This document shows, in pieces, positions 23,641 through 27,204 of a stretch of 27,204 bases of DNA; the stretch's first letter is position 1, and each line of letters opens with the position of its first letter. The translations under genes and the position numbers were made by a program. This DNA comes from an uncultured Candidatus Saccharibacteria bacterium (lineage in GTDB: Bacteria; Patescibacteriota; Saccharimonadia; Saccharimonadales; Saccharimonadaceae): positions 1 to 27,204 of the forward strand of contig CAMHRH010000001.1 of assembly GCA_946187605.1 (NCBI GenBank). The letters run 5' to 3'. The notes beneath the pieces are model-generated. The model had not been told where the DNA came from and did no database searches. It saw only the letters and a list, made by a program, of their open reading frames with translations.

Positions 23641-24957
23641 ATGAAAAAAGTAATCACCTACGGCTCTTTCGATTTATTCCATTTTGGCCATCAACGATTG
23701 CTAGAGCGAGCAAAAGCTCTAGGCGACTATCTCATCGTTGGTGTAACTAGCGACGACTACGATCGCACTCGCGGAAAAATCAATGCATCACAATCCATCG
23801 CAGAACGTATTGCATCCGTAAAAGCTACCGGCCTCGCAGATGAAATTATCATCGAAGAATACGACGGCCAAAAAATCGACGACATCAAACGCTATAACGT
23901 AGACATCTTTACGGTCGGCGACGATTGGAAAGGACAATTCGATTATCTAGACAAATACTGCAAAGTCATATACCTCGAAAGAACAAAAGGCATATCGAGC
24001 ACAGAAATTCGTTCAGAAAACCGCAATACGAACCTTGGCATCATCGGCGATTCAATTCCGTTTTTCAAAAGAATATTAAATGAAGCAAAATTCGTAAATG
24101 GCATTAATATTACGAGTATTTATTGCGAAAAAAGCACGTCGCTAAAGCAAGAAAAAAATTTAGAGTTAAAGAGCTATGTAAATTTCGAAGACTTACTTAA
24201 AAATGTCGATTCGGTCTATATTAAAAGCAGTTACCAAACGCGCTACAAATATATCAAGGGGGCGCTTCAGGCAAAAAAACATGTCCTATACGAATCTCCA
24301 GCTTGTCTAGACTCTAAAGAATTTGAGGAACTCACCTCTTTGGCAAAGGCCAACAACTGTATTCTAATGGAAGCTATCCGCACAGCGTATTCTACCGCAT
24401 ATAAGCGTCTTTCATTACTTGCAGAAATTGGCAAAATCGGTGAAATCCTATCCATCGACACAACATGTACAAATATGAAAAGAAATGATCCGGAAGTATT
24501 CGCTAGTATGTATGAATGGGGGCCAAACGCACTATTACCGATCTTCCAAATCTTAGGAGTAGATTATAAAAAAAGAGAAATCATCTCCAGAACAAGCAAG
24601 GAGCAGGATATTTTCTCGCGCATAAATTTTATTTATCCTCACGCCACCGCTAGCGCGACCGTAGCCGAAGGCGCTAAATCAGAAGGAGAGCTCATAATCA
24701 CTGGCACAAAAGCTTACATTTACGTACCAGCACCATGGTGGAAAACTGAGTATTTTGAGCTACGCTATGAAGATCAGACTAAAAACAAACGCTACTACTA
24801 TCAATTAGAAGGCGAAGGAATCAGATACGAACTAGTTGAGTTTCTACAAGCAATCAAGGACGAAAAAGACAACCCAAGAATAGAGAAGCAAGTTAGCGCT
24901 GAAATCTGCAAGGTCATGAATGCCTTCAAAAACAGAGAAGATTTAGTAGAAATATAG
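23641..24957 (+). CDS. TagD-like cytidylyltransferase fused to a Gfo/Idh/MocA-like oxidoreductase domain
   Basis: GSFDLFHFGH (HxGH), RTKGISSTEI; C-terminal KHVLYESP and LMEAIRTAY motifs. Confidence 0.85.
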   Translation: MKKVITYGSFDLFHFGHQRLLERAKALGDYLIVGVTSDDYDRTRGKINASQSIAERIASVKATGLADEIIIEEYDGQKIDDIKRYNVDIFTVGDDWKGQFDYLDKYCKVIYLERTKGISSTEIRSENRNTNLGIIGDSIPFFKRILNEAKFVNGINITSIYCEKSTSLKQEKNLELKSYVNFEDLLKNVDSVYIKSSYQTRYKYIKGALQAKKHVLYESPACLDSKEFEELTSLAKANNCILMEAIRTAYSTAYKRLSLLAEIGKIGEILSIDTTCTNMKRNDPEVFASMYEWGPNALLPIFQILGVDYKKREIISRTSKEQDIFSRINFIYPHATASATVAEGAKSEGELIITGTKAYIYVPAPWWKTEYFELRYEDQTKNKRYYYQLEGEGIRYELVEFLQAIKDEKDNPRIEKQVSAEICKVMNAFKNREDLVEI

Positions 24958-24979
24958 AGAATAAGCTATAATTAAAGAT

Positions 24980-25804
24980 ATGTCTAATCCAGAGACACTC
25001 AAGAAAATGAGCGACAAAGAACTGAAGTCTAAGCTCGTAGAAGTACTTGGCTTTTTTGATAAAATTTGCGTTAAGAACAAAATCCAATACAGCCTTATCG
25101 GAGGCTCACTGATTGGCGCAATTCGCCACAAGGGCATTATTCCTTGGGACGATGATATTGATGTCATCATGACACCGAAGGAACTCAAAAAGCTCAAAGC
25201 TGCCCTCAAAAAAGAGAATAACCCTAAATACAAACTCCTGGAGCCAAACAAGGATGGCTGTTACTATTCATTCCCAAAACTAGTTTCCACAGATACCATC
25301 GTAGATGAGTTTCAGCAAAAAGAAATACCCAACTATGGTGTATATGTAGATATTTTCACTTACCACTACATTAGCGGGGATAAAAAAGCTCAAGATATTT
25401 TCTGGAAGAAATATTGCAGATATCACACAGGCATCTACACGACAAACGCAAAGCACAGCGCATGGCCGCGAAACCCAAAGTACAGATTCAAATACATTTG
25501 GTACAACTATTTCGCTAAAGCAAACTATACCGAAAAGATGATAAATCTTTTCGATTCGCTCCCAAAAGACGATACTGGATTTTTAGTCTCTAGCGACCCT
25601 ACTTACGGGCTAGAGCACGACATCATTCCGTCTGAGTGGATAAAGGATTTCATAAGAGTTCCGTTCGAGAATATCGAAGCTTCCATCTATAAAAAATACG
25701 ATGACGTCTTGCGCATAGTTTTTGGCGACTACATGCAACTTCCGCCGAAAGAAAAACAAGTCACCCATCACACCTATAATGCCTACTACAAGATTAAGAA
25801 ATAA
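24980..25804 (+). CDS. licD: LicD-family phosphotransferase
   Basis: GGSLIGAIRHKGIIPWDDDIDV, VDIF, YGDYM-like FGDYMQLPP. Confidence 0.93.
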   Translation: MSNPETLKKMSDKELKSKLVEVLGFFDKICVKNKIQYSLIGGSLIGAIRHKGIIPWDDDIDVIMTPKELKKLKAALKKENNPKYKLLEPNKDGCYYSFPKLVSTDTIVDEFQQKEIPNYGVYVDIFTYHYISGDKKAQDIFWKKYCRYHTGIYTTNAKHSAWPRNPKYRFKYIWYNYFAKANYTEKMINLFDSLPKDDTGFLVSSDPTYGLEHDIIPSEWIKDFIRVPFENIEASIYKKYDDVLRIVFGDYMQLPPKEKQVTHHTYNAYYKIKK

Positions 25805-27204
25805 TGCGGAAAAATAAATTACCAATCGGCCTTCTCAATACGGCTTCTAGCTTATTATTGCAGTTTGTTACGATCGCAAATGGGTTTATTATCCCACGAA
25901 TCGTGCTCTCCGTCTTCGGTTCCGAAACAAATGGTCTCGTTTCGTCTCTGAGCCAATTCTTAAACTATATTACCTTACTTGAAGGCGGCGTAAACGGCGT
26001 CATTATGGCAAGCCTCTATTCGCCAATCGCTAAAGGCAATCATGCAAAAATTAGCTCAATTGTAAAAACTTCTTCCAGATTCTTTAGGCGCATTTCTATA
26101 ATATTCTTAGTTTATACGGCAGGCCTGTCCGTGTTATATCCGATCCTCAGTCACAGCAGTTTCGACTTTTCCTTCATATGTACACTTACCTTCATTTTGT
26201 CAGTCAAACTCTTCTCGCAATACTGTTTTTCATTGTCCTATCAAAACCTCCTAAACGCCAGCAAACGTGGGTATATTATCTCTTTAAGCAAAATCCTACT
26301 CATCATTCTCGATGTTATCGCAGTTCTAATAATCACTCACATTAATCCAAATATTCACATTTTAGAAATAACCTCAGCTCTAATCTATTTCATTCAACCG
26401 ACTATTTTTAATTTTGCCGTAAAAAAGTATTTTAAATTAGATAAAAATGCGAAGCACGACAATGCCCTTATCAAGAACCGATGGAATGGACTTGCTATCA
26501 ATATTGCGTATTTCATTCATATGAATACTGACATTACTCTCCTAACAATATTCACAGATTTACAGACTGTTTCCGTCTATAGCGTATACGCACTAGTTTC
26601 AAGCGGCTTGTCTAAAATAATCAACTCAATCACCTCCGCAATCTCGCCATCAATCGGAAATCTATATGCATTGGGAGACAAAAAAGAATTAGACAAAAAA
26701 TTCGATCTATATGAATATATAACATTCGTGCTCGTATTCTTATTCTTTAGCGTCGGCATATTGCTCGTTACGCCATTCGTCATGCTTTACACTAACAATA
26801 TTAATGACGCCAACTATTCACAGCCGGTCTTTGGCATCATCCTCCTACTTGCAGAAGCTTTTTATGCTATCAGATCACCATACCTCAACTTAGCTTACGA
26901 TGCTAATAAATTTAAAGAGATATCCAAGTATGCATATATCGAAACCGCACTAAATATCATCATTTCTGTCATTCTGGTATACAAACTAGGGCTAGTCGGA
27001 ATCGCTATAGGCACCCTTGTAGCAATGACCTACAGAACAATTGTGCACGTCTTCTACCTAAAAAAGAAGATCCTCAAGCGCTCCATAGTAAAATTCATAA
27101 AGCGTTTTATGGCATTCTTTACGCCAATTGCGATTGCTGTAGTCAGCCTAGCATTCTTTGCGCCAGTTACAAATAATAGCATTATAGACTGGCTCGTACA
27201 TGCG
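25804..27204 (+). CDS. Wzx-like polysaccharide flippase (continues off right edge)
   Basis: Hand translation MRKNKLPIGLLNTASSLLLQFVTIANGFIIPRIVLSVFGSETNGLVSSLSQFLNYITLLEGG..., multiple TM helices; TAATG overlap with licD. No stop seen in the frame, so it is absent from the ORF track. Confidence 0.88.
   Translation, partial: MRKNKLPIGLLNTASSLLLQFVTIANGFIIPRIVLSVFGSETNGLVSSLSQFLNYITLLEGGVNGVIMASLYSPIAKGNHAKISSIVKTSSRFFRRISIIFLVYTAGLSVLYPILSHSSFDFSFICTLTFILSVKLFSQYCFSLSYQNLLNASKRGYIISLSKILLIILDVIAVLIITHINPNIHILEITSALIYFIQPTIFNFAVKKYFKLDKNAKHDNALIKNRWNGLAINIAYFIHMNTDITLLTIFTDLQTVSVYSVYALVSSGLSKIINSITSAISPSIGNLYALGDKKELDKKFDLYEYITFVLVFLFFSVGILLVTPFVMLYTNNINDANYSQPVFGIILLLAEAFYAIRSPYLNLAYDANKFKEISKYAYIETALNIIISVILVYKLGLVGIAIGTLVAMTYRTIVHVFYLKKKILKRSIVKFIKRFMAFFTPIAIAVVSLAFFAPVTNNSIIDWLVHA

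Noticed and set aside
13-26783. Many 60-285 aa ORFs in the track that overlap assigned genes (e.g. 13-198, 1150-1590, 3972-4475, 12248-13105, 21969-22448, 26577-26783)
   Set aside because: They are antisense or alternate-frame shadows of well-supported genes or tRNAs, with no family motifs or initiation signals.
1-27204. UGA recoding (genetic code 25)
   Set aside because: TGA terminates genes cleanly here (for example 10421-10423 in an ATGA overlap, and 8058), and long ORFs are intact under code 11.

Overview
A gene-dense 27 kb chromosomal window from a small-genome monoderm bacterium. Patescibacteria/Saccharibacteria-like affinity is my inference from gene content and leaderless promoters, not a search result. 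Housekeeping genes are dnaE (5' part, missed by the ORF track), tlyA-like, tsaD, valS, a HIT protein, an ABC ATPase/permease pair and two tRNA-Ser genes. Accessory material comprises (i) an FCT-type sortase pilus cassette (pilin, catalytically dead signal peptidase/SipA, class B sortase, extra surface protein), (ii) FemAB-like and DegT-like envelope genes, (iii) a glycan-decoration operon (PLP enzyme, cytidylyltransferase-oxidoreductase fusion, LicD, Wzx; runs off the right edge), and (iv) several self-contained orphan genes. The most unusual signal is at 8796-9130: a near-consensus sigma70 promoter, a leaderless 20-codon ORF, then about 240 nt of short hairpins (six capped by the same C-UHAC-G loop, mostly with A-rich linkers) ending in an intrinsic terminator. 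It encodes no long protein and is a candidate undescribed repeat-hairpin (sponge-like) RNA. No CRISPR array, integrase or intact transposase is visible.
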